A DNA stretch of 64,000 nucleotides from Aggregatilineales bacterium (GTDB lineage Bacteria > Chloroflexota > Anaerolineae > Aggregatilineales > J027), in assembly GCA_965215855.1 (NCBI GenBank), contig CBDCER010000001.1:17531-81530 (forward strand). Direction: 5' to 3'. This document shows positions 16,387-26,855 of the stretch, piece after piece; the first letter of the stretch is position 1; every line of letters starts with the position of its first letter. A program made the position numbers and the translations under genes. The notes under the pieces are model-generated. The model was not told where the DNA came from. It searched no databases and worked only from the letters and a program-made list of their open reading frames with translations.

Positions 16387-17421
16387 TCATGGGCTAAATT
16401 CTTCAATCACCAGATTGTCGCTATCGAAACTCACTACCGACACTTGCTCGACCCGTACTCCAATCCGGTTCTCGATCAATAAATCCGTCAGTTGATCACC
16501 GTCAATCAAAATCACTGGAATCGTATTCGGCAACCGTGCTACCTCCAGCGCTCCTTTACTGAAACTGCTGGTCGTGATAATCATGCCCTGGTCAATATCC
16601 TCCATCGCCAGCATATCGCCGCGAAACTGGCTGACCACCGGACGCCCGACATTGGCTTGCACACGCTTGACTTGAATGGCGGTATGCACCTGCATGATGC
16701 CGACCGCGACATCGGCTACCACGTCCACGCCACCATCGACTGCCCGGCGCGTCACCATGATATTGTTGTAGCCGATTTTCCCTAATAAGCGCCCAACTAG
16801 GTTCTCAAACGCAAAGGGATCCATGTGGTTGACTACATTCAACAACTGTTGCTTGACCATCTCGCGTTGTTGTTGGGCCATCTGGGTGATGGTATCGACC
16901 TCGTGTTCCCATTCTGCTAGTCCGAAAATACCCGGTCCATCGCGCCGGAACAGTGATGCCAAGCCCTTTTGTTGAATATCACGGTACAGTTGGGCGGAAA
17001 GTGATGCTTCGGGGGCCATGCTCTGGGGGTTGATTAGCTGCCATTCTACAGCCAGTTCGGCGATTTCCGTGTAGCGCATGGGGCGGCCCTCAGCTTTTAA
17101 CACCTCATAGGCCGCCTCTTTATAGGTCAAAAACTCGCCATATTGCTGGAAGATCACATGATCCAGGTAGTTGTCGGGCAGAGGGTCGTCTGCCATTCGC
17201 AACGCGTAGCGCCCGCGCTCTACACGCTTGAAGGGGGAGATGTCTTGCCCTTCGCGCTCACGCCGCAGACTGGCTGTGACCACCGCTGCCATTGTTTGAC
17301 GCGGGGTACGCCCCATCGCTTCGATCAAGCCCTGTTCCAACGCCAGGCGCGTGATCTCGGCGATTGATAATGGTCGCTCCGCTTGCCGCAATACTTCAAT
17401 CGCGGCCTGTAAAAAGGTCAT
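16387..17421 (-). CDS. Mrr-like restriction endonuclease with two N-terminal HARE-HTH-like modules
   Basis: Two copies of the ..A(A/I)(Y)EVL..(G/E)RP(M/L)..EI..LA.. helix module. C-terminal [28 protein letters not shown] (Mrr_cat-like core). Confidence 0.7.
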   Translation of the reverse strand: MTFLQAAIEVLRQAERPLSIAEITRLALEQGLIEAMGRTPRQTMAAVVTASLRREREGQDISPFKRVERGRYALRMADDPLPDNYLDHVIFQQYGEFLTYKEAAYEVLKAEGRPMRYTEIAELAVEWQLINPQSMAPEASLSAQLYRDIQQKGLASLFRRDGPGIFGLAEWEHEVDTITQMAQQQREMVKQQLLNVVNHMDPFAFENLVGRLLGKIGYNNIMVTRRAVDGGVDVVADVAVGIMQVHTAIQVKRVQANVGRPVVSQFRGDMLAMEDIDQGMIITTSSFSKGALEVARLPNTIPVILIDGDQLTDLLIENRIGVRVEQVSVVSFDSDNLVIEEFSP

Positions 17422-19220
17422 TCATCATCCAGCCGCAAAACAGCCATGAACGCTTCCTGCGGCACTTCCACACTGCCAATCATCTTCATGCGCTTCTTGC
17501 CTTTTTTCTGCTTTTCCAGCAATTTGCGCTTACGAGTTACATCGCCACCATAGCACTTTGCCAACACGTCTTTACGCAGGGCTTTTACATTGGCCCGACT
17601 GATGACGCGCTTCCCGACCGCAGCTTGCACTGGCACGACAAATTGCTGGCGCGGAATCAGTTCTTTCAGTTTCGAGACAAGGCGTTGCCCTTTATAGTAG
17701 GAATGGTCGCGATGGACGATCATCGTTAAGGCATCGACTGGGTCACCATTGACCAGTACATCCAATTTCACCAAGTCCTCCGCCCGATATTCTAGGAATT
17801 GGTAATCCAGGCTGGCATAGCCCTGTGTCACACTTTTCAGGCGATCATAGAACTCGACAATTAGCTCTGACAGGGGGAGGTTATAGGTCAGCATCACCCG
17901 TGTTGGGTCAAAATACTCCATGTTGACATATTCGCCACGCTTGCCCGTCACCAGATCCATGATCTTGCCGATGTAGCGTTCTGGCGTGAAAATCTGGATT
18001 CGCATCCAGGGTTCGCGGATTTCCTCAATGCCCGATTCATCTGGCAGAGCTGCCGGACTGTCAATAACTAACACTTCGCCACCGCGCAGCGCCACCTGAT
18101 ATTCCACACTGGGCGCTGTTGCCAGAATGTCCAGGTCATATTCACGTTCCAGACGCTCCTGGACGATGACCATGTGGAACAAGCCCAGGAAGCCTACACG
18201 GAAGCCCTGGTTTAGCGCCTGCGACGTTTCGGGCACGTAACTCACCGACGCATCATTTAGCTGCAGCTTTTCTAGCGCCTCGCGCAAATCACCATAATCA
18301 TCATTATCCACCGGATAGAATCCCGCGAATACCATCGGTTTGGCGGGATCGTAGCCCGACAGTGGATCAGTTGCACCATTGATGACCGTTGTTACGGTAT
18401 CGCCCACGCGGCAATCGCGCACGGTCTTCAACCCGGTGGCAATGTAGCCTACGCTGCCAATCGTCAATGCGCCGGTTTTGGTCATGCCGGGTGTGAAAAC
18501 GCCGACTTCAATCGGCTCGAATTTGCCGTCGGTAGACATCAAATACAGTTTGTCGCGGTGATTCAATTTCCCATCGACCACGCGCACATAGGAAATTACG
18601 CCCCGATAGCTGTCGTAGTGGCTATCGAATACGAGTGCGCGTAGTGGGGAATCCGGATCGCCCTGCGGAGCAGGTATGTAATCGACCACCGCTTGCAAAA
18701 TCGCCTCGACGTTTTCACCTGTCTTGGCACTGACCTGGATCACACGCTCTGGATCGAGTCCGATCAAATCGACGATTTCCTGCGTTACCTCATCGGGACG
18801 GGCGGCGGGCAAGTCGATTTTATTCACCACCGGAATGATTTCTAGGTCGGCTTCCATCGCCAGGTATAGATTCGCCAGCGTTTGGGCCTCAATACCCTGA
18901 GAGGCATCTACCACGAGCAACGCGCCTTCACAGGCTTGCAAGGCCCGGCTGACTTCGTAGGCGAAATCGACGTGACCTGGCGTGTCGATCAGGTTCATTT
19001 CATAGGCGCTGCCGTCGGCTGCCGACCACTCCATCCGCACCGCTGAGGCTTTGATGGTTACGCCACGTTCGCGCTCTAATTCCATGTCATCCAGCAATTG
19101 CTCTTTCATCTGGCGCTCGTCGATAGTGCCGGTTACCTGCAACAAGCGATCTGCCAGCGTGCTTTTGCCATGGTCGATATGCGCGATAATACAAAAGTTC
19201 CGAATATGGGAGACTTCCAT
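17418..19220 (-). CDS. lepA: translation elongation factor 4
   Basis: [36 protein letters not shown] and C-terminal LepA blocks. Confidence 0.95.
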   Translation of the reverse strand: MEVSHIRNFCIIAHIDHGKSTLADRLLQVTGTIDERQMKEQLLDDMELERERGVTIKASAVRMEWSAADGSAYEMNLIDTPGHVDFAYEVSRALQACEGALLVVDASQGIEAQTLANLYLAMEADLEIIPVVNKIDLPAARPDEVTQEIVDLIGLDPERVIQVSAKTGENVEAILQAVVDYIPAPQGDPDSPLRALVFDSHYDSYRGVISYVRVVDGKLNHRDKLYLMSTDGKFEPIEVGVFTPGMTKTGALTIGSVGYIATGLKTVRDCRVGDTVTTVINGATDPLSGYDPAKPMVFAGFYPVDNDDYGDLREALEKLQLNDASVSYVPETSQALNQGFRVGFLGLFHMVIVQERLEREYDLDILATAPSVEYQVALRGGEVLVIDSPAALPDESGIEEIREPWMRIQIFTPERYIGKIMDLVTGKRGEYVNMEYFDPTRVMLTYNLPLSELIVEFYDRLKSVTQGYASLDYQFLEYRAEDLVKLDVLVNGDPVDALTMIVHRDHSYYKGQRLVSKLKELIPRQQFVVPVQAAVGKRVISRANVKALRKDVLAKCYGGDVTRKRKLLEKQKKGKKRMKMIGSVEVPQEAFMAVLRLDDE

Positions 19221-19419
19221 CTGTCAACCTGTGTATGCTAATTCAATACGAAAACATGGGACGTCAACGGGGCTGTAATGGGGTACTGATGTCGTTTAAC
19301 GAAATCGCACGGGTAGTAATGTCCATACCCTGATTAATGTGTTAAACAGCATTAGCGCCCCGGTTCCCGCCATCCAAACATCTCGGTATCGCTTTCTCAA
19401 GCGGTATACGCGAGATCAA

Positions 19420-20025
19420 TTAATAATTGCCGTCTACCCATTCTGGGCTTTGTTCCGGTACTTGCGGGCTAGTAGCTTGTGGCGGACTGACTTCATATGG
19501 TGACCGCTGCCCGGTTATATCGCGTCGTCGTTGTCGAGCTGGTTGTTGGGCCTCGCCACCGGCCAGCATCACCTCGCGCCCATCGCTACTGGCCTCGCTC
19601 TGCACGGTTCCACAAGCCGGACAGAGATTCCACGACAGTTCCAGCAATTCATCGCACTGATAGCATGGTTTCTTCAAACGGGTGTGGCAATAGGGACATG
19701 CCTGCCAATGGTGCTTGCTGGGACGCCCACAGCCAGGGCAGGCTGGTTTTTCTTCGATTTCTTGTAGCAAGGCCTCTTCTTCTAGCGAGCGTTCATAGGC
19801 ATCGGCCAGTGTCTCGCGAGGACGCAGCATCACGTAGATAATCAGCCCAAAGATATTCAGGACGGCAACCACCAGCGCCGCTGCCACTTGGGCCAACGGG
19901 TCGCGCGAGCGGGCCTTCATGTCGTTATACGTCCAGATGATAAACGCCACCGAGAACGCTGTCACGACCGCGCCGACAATTGTGGTCAGGGCCAGCACAA
20001 GACTATTTAGTGTTGCGTCGTCCAT
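19420..20025 (-). CDS. membrane protein: PLDc_N-like TM hairpin + double zinc-ribbon
   Basis: Two TM segments, then CPGCG..CPYCH..CYQC..CPACG. Confidence 0.6.
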   Translation of the reverse strand: MDDATLNSLVLALTTIVGAVVTAFSVAFIIWTYNDMKARSRDPLAQVAAALVVAVLNIFGLIIYVMLRPRETLADAYERSLEEEALLQEIEEKPACPGCGRPSKHHWQACPYCHTRLKKPCYQCDELLELSWNLCPACGTVQSEASSDGREVMLAGGEAQQPARQRRRDITGQRSPYEVSPPQATSPQVPEQSPEWVDGNY

Positions 20026-20258
20026 TTACGTTGCCTCAATTCCTGTACGCTATCGAGGCGAAGTATATCATGCGCTGTGAATGCTGTGCAACATGCAAGA
20101 GTCGATCTCGCTGCACTTGTACTCCCGCCCGCTAACGCTACATCGCTACGTTCGATGCGATGACGTGGCGTGGGATATTGTTATTATCGGAAGAAGTTCA
20201 TTCGAATGCACGGTGCGCTTCTGTGAATAGCCCCCAGTCTTTGGTTGGAAGAGAAATG

Positions 20259-20783
20259 TCACTCGTTATCGTCGCGGGGATAAAACATCTGGTCGCGGAT
20301 TCGCAGGTCGGCGTTGCGAATCTTCATGGAAAGGTCAATCGCTAGATTAAACATGAGGCGATAACCGAGCTGGGGATAAGTCTCGCAAAGCTGCAATAGT
20401 TTGTCGCGAGGGATGACAAACAGCCTGGCGGGGCCATTCACACAACGTGCCGACGCCGACCGCCGCCCTTCATCTAGCAAGGCCATCTCACCAAAGGACT
20501 GGCCGCGCCGAGCAATGGCAAGGGTGCGGGGACCAGTAGCCTCCTGCTTGCTGCCAATTAGCCGAGAATCAACCTGAATCGCAATCTCGCCGTTGGCGAC
20601 GACGTACAACTCGTCGCTGTGTCCCTGTTCCACAAACACGGCTTCGTTACGTTTGAATGTGCGTTCGTAGCAGATGGAGGCGATGAGTTCTAATTGATTT
20701 TGATTGAAATCGTAGAAAATATCAGCCTGGCGCAAGATGGCAGTTACTGACATGCCACTCTCCGATGGTTGGGGTACGGGCAA
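20259..20783 (-). CDS. cyclic-nucleotide-binding domain protein (no DNA-binding domain)
   Basis: FGEMALLDEGRRSASARCV phosphate-binding-cassette-like motif. Confidence 0.75.
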   Translation of the reverse strand: MPVPQPSESGMSVTAILRQADIFYDFNQNQLELIASICYERTFKRNEAVFVEQGHSDELYVVANGEIAIQVDSRLIGSKQEATGPRTLAIARRGQSFGEMALLDEGRRSASARCVNGPARLFVIPRDKLLQLCETYPQLGYRLMFNLAIDLSMKIRNADLRIRDQMFYPRDDNE

Positions 20784-21021
20784 AACTTGTCAGATGGTAT
20801 TGTTGCCGATTTTTAGAGATAGCGCTATAGCAACTGCCATAATCCTAGTATGGAACCACCATGCGATTGCACCCCCTACAACCGTATTCTGGATAGGGAT
20901 GAAGACCCCTCAACTTAAAAATCGCTTGACAGATTTTGCTGACACCCGATAGTTGTTTTAAGTTTCCTTGATTATAGCATGGCAGTATAATCGGGGCGCG
21001 GAAATTCATAAGGAATTCGTC

Positions 21022-21384
21022 ATGATGCCAGATCGGCACACATTAGGGAAAATCGGCGAGAAGGTGGCAGCGGCCCATGTTCGGCGGCTGGGCTGGAAAA
21101 TCCTGGCACAGAACTGGCGATGTCCATACGGAGAAATTGATCTGATTGCTCATGATGGCGAAGAAGTGGTGGTTATTGAGGTGCGGACACGGCGGGGTAC
21201 ATGTGAGATGGCGTTGGAAAGCGTTGACCGCAGAAAGCAGAAACGGTTATTGGAACTGGCGACTTGGTATCAGGAAGCTGAATTGTCAACGGATACGCCG
21301 ATACGGATTGATGTGATTGGGGTGGGGCTGCGCTCTGATGGGTTGATGGATGTGGAGATGCTGCACGATGCCATTAGCTGGTGA
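21022..21384 (+). CDS. yraN: YraN-family endonuclease (UPF0102)
   Basis: GE..AA..L...G(W)KIL..NWRC..GEIDLIA..VVIEVRTRR. AAGGA lies 7 nt upstream of ATG 21022. Confidence 0.8.
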   Translation: MMPDRHTLGKIGEKVAAAHVRRLGWKILAQNWRCPYGEIDLIAHDGEEVVVIEVRTRRGTCEMALESVDRRKQKRLLELATWYQEAELSTDTPIRIDVIGVGLRSDGLMDVEMLHDAISW

Positions 21385-22294
21385 ACGACCGCTGGTCGTC
21401 ATTATTGGGCCAACGGCGGTGGGCAAAACTGAGGCGGCAATTCAGGCGGCGCAAGCTTTGGATGGAGAAATCCTCAGCGCCGATAGCCGTCAGATTTACC
21501 GGTATATGGATATTGGTACGGCCAAGCCAACGCCTGCTCAACAAGTGATGGTTCCTCACCATTTGATTGATGTGGTAGCGCCGGATGTAGCGTTTAATGT
21601 GCGTGATTTTCAGGAGCAGGCGACGGCGTTGATTGCGGAGATTCAGGCGCGGGGACGGCTGCCAATGTTGGTGGGAGGCACGGGTCAATACATTTCGGCG
21701 ACGATTGAAGGGTGGCAATTTCCGAGTGTCGCACCGAATAAAGAATTGCGGGCGGAATTGGAGGCTTATGCTGAGGTACACGGTTGGGAGGCGTTGCTGG
21801 AACGGTTGCGACAGCATGATCCGGTGACGGCTGCGGACATCGACGGACGTAACATCCGGCGGGTGGTGCGGGCGTTGGAGGTTTGTATCGAAAGTGGGAG
21901 ACCATATTCGGAATTACGGCAGAAAAAGCCACCTGGTTATACAATAAAGACGATTGGATTGACGCTGGAGGATCGGGCCAAATTGTATGAACGGGCTGAT
22001 TTGAGAATTGAGCGCATGATTGAAGCGGGATTTATTGCTGAAGTGCAGGCGTTGATTGAACGTGGGTATAGCTGGGAGTTGCCAGCGATGAGCGCGTTGG
22101 GATATTTGCAGATAGGGTATTATTTGCGGGGCGAAATGAGCCTGGACGATGCGTTGCAAAAACTCCGCCGCGCCACCCGAACGTTTATCCGGCGACAGTA
22201 TACGTGGTTCCGTAAATATAATGCGGATGCGGTTTGGTTGGAAAGTGATGTGGATGTTGCTGATAACCTGATCGCGCATTTAACGGTTGAATAA
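21368..22294 (+). CDS. miaA: tRNA dimethylallyltransferase
   Basis: VVIIGPTAVGKT P-loop, SADSRQIYRYMDIGTAKP, LVGGTGQY. Overlaps the yraN 3' end. Confidence 0.92.
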   Translation: MPLAGERPLVVIIGPTAVGKTEAAIQAAQALDGEILSADSRQIYRYMDIGTAKPTPAQQVMVPHHLIDVVAPDVAFNVRDFQEQATALIAEIQARGRLPMLVGGTGQYISATIEGWQFPSVAPNKELRAELEAYAEVHGWEALLERLRQHDPVTAADIDGRNIRRVVRALEVCIESGRPYSELRQKKPPGYTIKTIGLTLEDRAKLYERADLRIERMIEAGFIAEVQALIERGYSWELPAMSALGYLQIGYYLRGEMSLDDALQKLRRATRTFIRRQYTWFRKYNADAVWLESDVDVADNLIAHLTVE

Positions 22295-22341
22295 GAAGAC
22301 TGGAACTTGATTTGAGACGTGCCAGACGTGCTGTTACCCGA

Positions 22342-23067
22342 ATGGAAAATATCAATATGGTGCTGGGTCTGATTGGGCTGGGTCTTGTAATTTCGCTGGG
22401 GTTGCCGCAGGTGCTTCCAGAGTTGAAGCGGGGGGCGATTTGTACCAATTTGCCGCAGCCGCGAGGTGGCAACAGTCGTTCATTGCTGGCGATTTCCAGT
22501 ATTGACAACGGCAGTCAGGATTTAGAAATTGAAGTCGAGTTTATGAATGAGAATCGCAATGTGTCGGACGACCCCATCATCAAATTGGGGGAGTCGATTG
22601 ATTTGCGAGTGTTTTTCATCAACCATGATAAGGGGCCGATTACGCTGTACTATCGGGATAATCGGAACACAGTTGGTGATCTAGATCAGTTGTTGAATGC
22701 GGTGATGGGACTGATTATTGAAATCGAACCGGTTGCGTCAGATACGGTGGCGGTCAATGAGGCGGTGCGCTCGGAAACACGGCAGGTGACGACGTTTGCG
22801 CTAGAGCATTTGTATAATCTGCCTTCGCACAGCCGGTGCTATGTTGAAGTTACGCTGACACGCGACCGGTTGAATATGCCACCGGGAGAATATCGGATAC
22901 GGGTTCATTATCGAAACGGCAGCCGGGGAGTTTTCATACCGGCAACGCCCGCCGGTAGCCGTCCGACTCAGACCCCGATATTCGATGCTACTGATATTGT
23001 GAAGCAAGGGCTGGGTGTTTATGTGGGAACCTCCAGCAGTAACGAAATCCGTTTCACATTCGAGTGA
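22342..23067 (+). CDS. hypothetical membrane-anchored protein
   Basis: N-terminal TM segment VLGLIGLGLVISLGL. No recognisable domain. Start is uncertain (22312 or 22342). Confidence 0.5.
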   Translation: MENINMVLGLIGLGLVISLGLPQVLPELKRGAICTNLPQPRGGNSRSLLAISSIDNGSQDLEIEVEFMNENRNVSDDPIIKLGESIDLRVFFINHDKGPITLYYRDNRNTVGDLDQLLNAVMGLIIEIEPVASDTVAVNEAVRSETRQVTTFALEHLYNLPSHSRCYVEVTLTRDRLNMPPGEYRIRVHYRNGSRGVFIPATPAGSRPTQTPIFDATDIVKQGLGVYVGTSSSNEIRFTFE

Positions 23068-23926
23068 CATTGGTCAGGGCGTCGGCAAAGCGATGGGCGA
23101 GCCAGACGCTTGTTGCCAGTGCCCCGCTCGGCAACAGTACCAGCATGGGAGCCTGGGAAAGCGTGCCCTGCGCCTGTTCAATCATCACACCCCAATCGGG
23201 ATGGGAAGGATCACCACCCAAGCCAATGAAGGCTAACGCTGCTCCATAGAGTAATGACCACGCAAAAATCACCGAGGCAAAGGCCACTAAAGTCGGCAAG
23301 GCGGTGGGAATGATGTGGCGTGTCAAAATACGCCAGCGCCCAGCGCCAATACTATGAGCGCCTTCGATATGTGGGGCGGATTGGGCGACGTGGAGAGCAT
23401 CGGTGGCAAGGCGGGTGTAGGGGCCGAGATTCGCTAACCCGACGGCAATGGCTAGAGTCCACAGATTGCCTTCGAGCAAAGTCCGCACGACGAGGGCCAA
23501 CAAGAGCGCCGGAAATGCCAGCAGCGCATCAGTTAGAGCGGCACTGAGGTGATGGATGATGGTGGAGCCAGTGAAGGACAGGCTGCTCAAGGCCAATCCC
23601 CCAATGACAGCGATGGTGGTTGCAAGGAGGGCACTGCTGAGGGTGCGGCGTCCGCCAATAGCAAGGCGGCTCCATTCGTCGCGGCCTAGGCGGTCTGTGC
23701 CGAGCCAGTGATCGGCGGAGGGGGAATCGAGTTCGCGACCTGATTCGGCGAAGATGGGGTCGTGGGTCGCGAGTAGGGGGGCGATGAGTAAGAAGAAGGC
23801 CAGGACGGTCAGGGGAAACCAGTGCCAGAAGGTGATGCGGCGCAGGCATTTTAGGAAGCCCCCCTCTAACTCCTCCCAAACATGGAGGGAGGACCGGGGT
23901 GTTGGTGGGTTGCTGTGTGTCGTCAT
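23054..23926 (-). CDS. ABC transporter permease (peptide/nickel type, DppC/OppC-like)
   Basis: Multi-TM protein with a binding-protein-dependent transport signature region. Confidence 0.8.
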   Translation of the reverse strand: MTTHSNPPTPRSSLHVWEELEGGFLKCLRRITFWHWFPLTVLAFFLLIAPLLATHDPIFAESGRELDSPSADHWLGTDRLGRDEWSRLAIGGRRTLSSALLATTIAVIGGLALSSLSFTGSTIIHHLSAALTDALLAFPALLLALVVRTLLEGNLWTLAIAVGLANLGPYTRLATDALHVAQSAPHIEGAHSIGAGRWRILTRHIIPTALPTLVAFASVIFAWSLLYGAALAFIGLGGDPSHPDWGVMIEQAQGTLSQAPMLVLLPSGALATSVWLAHRFADALTNVTRM

Positions 23927-24000
23927 GGCAAGTTGCCTGGTGGGTTTAGCGGAGTAGAGCAGGCGACAACGAGGGAAGTAGTGTGGATACTGAGGTGGGT

Positions 24001-24045
24001 AACGAGGGCGCTATAACCTCCCCCCGCAGTTGTGTCGTTTGGCAA
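24001..24045 (+). repeat. family 2 repeat copy (degenerate) inside the permease-permease spacer
   Basis: ACGAGGGCGCTATAACCTCCCCCCGCAGTTGTGTCGTTTGG compares with ACGGGGGCGCTATAGCACCCCCCTACAGTCCGTTG at 2644. Confidence 0.5.
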
Positions 24046-24106
24046 ATTTGGTGTGGTGGCAGGTGGTTGGTGGTGATGGGTTGTCATGAATAGGGCGCTC
24101 ATCATG

Positions 24107-25018
24107 CTATCTCAGGCGAGGATCTAGGAGGCGGCGGGCGATTCCGCTGAAGCCGTTGGCACTTAGGTAAATGAGTGCGCTCAACAAGGCGAGGGCTTGC
24201 ACCACCGGATAGTCACGGTTGAGGACGGATTGAAAAAGCAGATTGCCGAGGCCGCGCCGTACAAACAGAACTTCGATGACGACTGTACCGCTTAACAAAA
24301 AGCCAGCCTGGAGGGCGATGGCGCTTAGGGTAGGTAGTAGGGCGACACGCAGGGCATGGTCGAGCAGGTCAATGGGCGGCAGACCTTTGGCGCGGGCAGT
24401 CAGCATATAAGGCTGGCGGAAGGTATCACGCAGATTGATGCTGAGAACCTGGGCCACGCCGCCAGCAGTGTGGAAACCGAGTGTGAAGGCAGGCAAGATC
24501 AGGTGGAGCGGCGTGCGCGATCCGAAGGCAGGCAGGATAGCAAATTGGCGGGTGAAAATGTGGATTAGCAAAAGGGCAGTGACATAGAAGGGAACGGCCT
24601 GTGCTAGCACGATTAGGTTGTTGCTGAGATGGCGCAACCAGTGGGGTGATTCCAGGGCACTGAAAATGCCGAGGGTGATGCCGAGGGCGGTCATGATGCC
24701 GAATGCGGCTAATCCTAGTGCCAGGGTCGGCCCCAGGCGGCTCAAAATCATTTGCCCGACGGATTCACTAGAGGTCAGTGAATGGCCCAAATCGCCGCGC
24801 AGCAAATCTCCCAGATAGCGAGCATATTGCGTAAGCCAATGGTCGTCCAGGCCGAGGGCGGCGCGGCGAGCGTTCATTTCTGTGTCGGTGGTGTCGCGGA
24901 AGGTGGCGGTCACAGCATCGCCTGGCAAAACACGTAGGGTGACAAACACCAGGGTCAGTGCCAGCCAAAGAACAACGCCGCCATGCAGCAATGCCAGCAG
25001 AGAATCGCGAGGTTTCAC
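24107..25018 (-). CDS. ABC transporter permease (DppB/OppB-like)
   Basis: LRVLPGD N-terminal motif, TARAKGL EAA-loop region. Confidence 0.85.
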   Translation of the reverse strand: MKPRDSLLALLHGGVVLWLALTLVFVTLRVLPGDAVTATFRDTTDTEMNARRAALGLDDHWLTQYARYLGDLLRGDLGHSLTSSESVGQMILSRLGPTLALGLAAFGIMTALGITLGIFSALESPHWLRHLSNNLIVLAQAVPFYVTALLLIHIFTRQFAILPAFGSRTPLHLILPAFTLGFHTAGGVAQVLSINLRDTFRQPYMLTARAKGLPPIDLLDHALRVALLPTLSAIALQAGFLLSGTVVIEVLFVRRGLGNLLFQSVLNRDYPVVQALALLSALIYLSANGFSGIARRLLDPRLR

Positions 25019-25028
25019 GGCTCGTTGG

Positions 25029-26696
25029 CTATTGATAAACCAGATTGGTCAACAAGGGCCACCAGCCTTGACCTGTGTAAATCAGCCCATCAATGCGGGT
25101 GGTCAGTCCGACGATGTTGGTATAGTCGCGGATCGGCAACACGATGGCCTGTTCCATGATGCGGCGTTGGGTGGCCGAATATAGTTCTGCGCGGCGACCT
25201 TGATCGGGCGTTTGGGTGGCTTCGCGCAGCCAGGTATCCAGTTCAGGATCGCTGTAACGTGACCAATTGCTGGAGCCATCGGATAGGTAGAACCGGTTAA
25301 TGATGCTGGGGTCTGCGCCGAAATCGTTGATCGCTAACAGGTTGAACTCGCCATTACGGGCGTACTCGATCAAATCGGGAAAGCTGCCGACTTGTATCAG
25401 TTCGACTTCGATGCCCATTGAGCGCCATTGGCTTTCCAGAAGTTGTGTGACTTCGGGCAAAAAGCCAAATCCAGCGAAGACGACTCGTAATTGAAGGGGT
25501 TGCCCGTTTTTCTCCAGGATACCATCTCCATCGGTGTCTTCAACATTGGCACGTGTGAAGAGGTTGCGGGCCTGTTCGGGGCTATAGCGATACATGGTTT
25601 CTACTGAGGCATCGTAGTAGGGCATGGACGCTGAAAGAGGGCCGTAGCCAGTTGATGAGTATTGGTCGTAGAAGACTGTGCCGACAATGGCCTCACGGTT
25701 GGTGGCGTAGAGAAGTGCCTGCCGAACGAGCAAGTCGTCGGTGGGGAAGCTTTGGGTGTTGAAATAGAACTGCAAAGGCTGACCGGGAATCGGCTGGGGA
25801 TGCAGCTTGAAATCCCGGTTGCGAAGCAGAAGTTCGGCGTCGGTGGGTGGTAATTCTCCAATGACATCGACTGCACCGGATTCAAGAGCAAGGAGGCGTG
25901 TTTCGGGAGCCTCGTAAAAGCGAAAAATGATACGATCTACTGAATTGTCGGCGTAATCGGCGTAATAAGATGGTCCCCAGGCGTAGTCTGAATTGCGCTC
26001 CAGAACCAATCTATCTGCGTGAACATATTCAACAAAACGATAGGGGCCAGTGCCGACCTGATGGGCTTGATAAGTGGCGTCGGAGGTGTTGGCAAGGGCT
26101 GTCGGGCTGGCGATACCCAGATAGGGTTGACTGAGGGCATCTAGTAATGGGGTGTAGGGTTCGCTGAGGATCAGTGTAATGCGATAGGGGGCGTCCTCGT
26201 AGAGGTTGTAGCCGAGAAATGGCCCTAACAATGACTTGGATTTTTGGGAGCCAGTCTCAGGGTCGAGGATGCGGTCAAGGGTTACGCCCACTGCATCAGC
26301 ATTGAAGGGTGTGCCATCATGAAAGGTTACATCCTGGCGCAACTGGAAGGTGTAGGACAGGCCGTCGGGGCTGATTTCAGGCAGATCAATGGCGAGGCCA
26401 GGCACAAACTCGAAGGTTTGGGGATGGCGATAGACTAGTGTGTCGTAGACGCTGTGGAGCGGAATGCCCAATTCAGCAGATTGGTGAATGTGGGGGTCAA
26501 TGCCGCTGGGCAGCAAGGTCAGCCCATAAGTAATGGTGGTCAGATCGCCCGACTCTTCGGCAGTGGACGGCTCGGATAGTATGGTGCTGAGAACGGCCAG
26601 GGCCATTGCCCCAGCGGCACACACAAATACTCCTAGTAATGGTAGCCACAGTCCGCGACGCGATGGCCGGGTGCGGCGAATCTCCATTAAACCCAT
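25029..26696 (-). CDS. ABC transporter substrate-binding protein, family 5 (peptide/nickel)
   Basis: N-terminal TM/signal anchor and SBP_bac_5-like length and blocks. Start is uncertain (26696, 26687 or 26780). Confidence 0.8.
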   Translation of the reverse strand: MGLMEIRRTRPSRRGLWLPLLGVFVCAAGAMALAVLSTILSEPSTAEESGDLTTITYGLTLLPSGIDPHIHQSAELGIPLHSVYDTLVYRHPQTFEFVPGLAIDLPEISPDGLSYTFQLRQDVTFHDGTPFNADAVGVTLDRILDPETGSQKSKSLLGPFLGYNLYEDAPYRITLILSEPYTPLLDALSQPYLGIASPTALANTSDATYQAHQVGTGPYRFVEYVHADRLVLERNSDYAWGPSYYADYADNSVDRIIFRFYEAPETRLLALESGAVDVIGELPPTDAELLLRNRDFKLHPQPIPGQPLQFYFNTQSFPTDDLLVRQALLYATNREAIVGTVFYDQYSSTGYGPLSASMPYYDASVETMYRYSPEQARNLFTRANVEDTDGDGILEKNGQPLQLRVVFAGFGFLPEVTQLLESQWRSMGIEVELIQVGSFPDLIEYARNGEFNLLAINDFGADPSIINRFYLSDGSSNWSRYSDPELDTWLREATQTPDQGRRAELYSATQRRIMEQAIVLPIRDYTNIVGLTTRIDGLIYTGQGWWPLLTNLVYQ

Positions 26697-26855
26697 AGAA
26701 TAGTCACCTACATTGTTCTTGAAATCAATCGAATCATTAGGCGAGTATAACCCAAATGGGTAACAAATTTGCAGAGTCAAAAATTTGAACTTATCATAAT
26801 GGGAAGCTACACTTTAGTCAGGTTTTCAAGTAAATTTACGTAAGGAGATTAACTG

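Noticed and set aside
20920-21000. Sigma-70-like elements (TTGACA at ~20927, TATAAT at ~20985, TGCTATAAT on the minus strand at ~20968) in the divergent cNMP/yraN region
   Set aside because: The spacings between candidate -35 and -10 hexamers do not fit 16-18 nt for any pairing I tried. They may be real promoters, but I cannot support coordinates.
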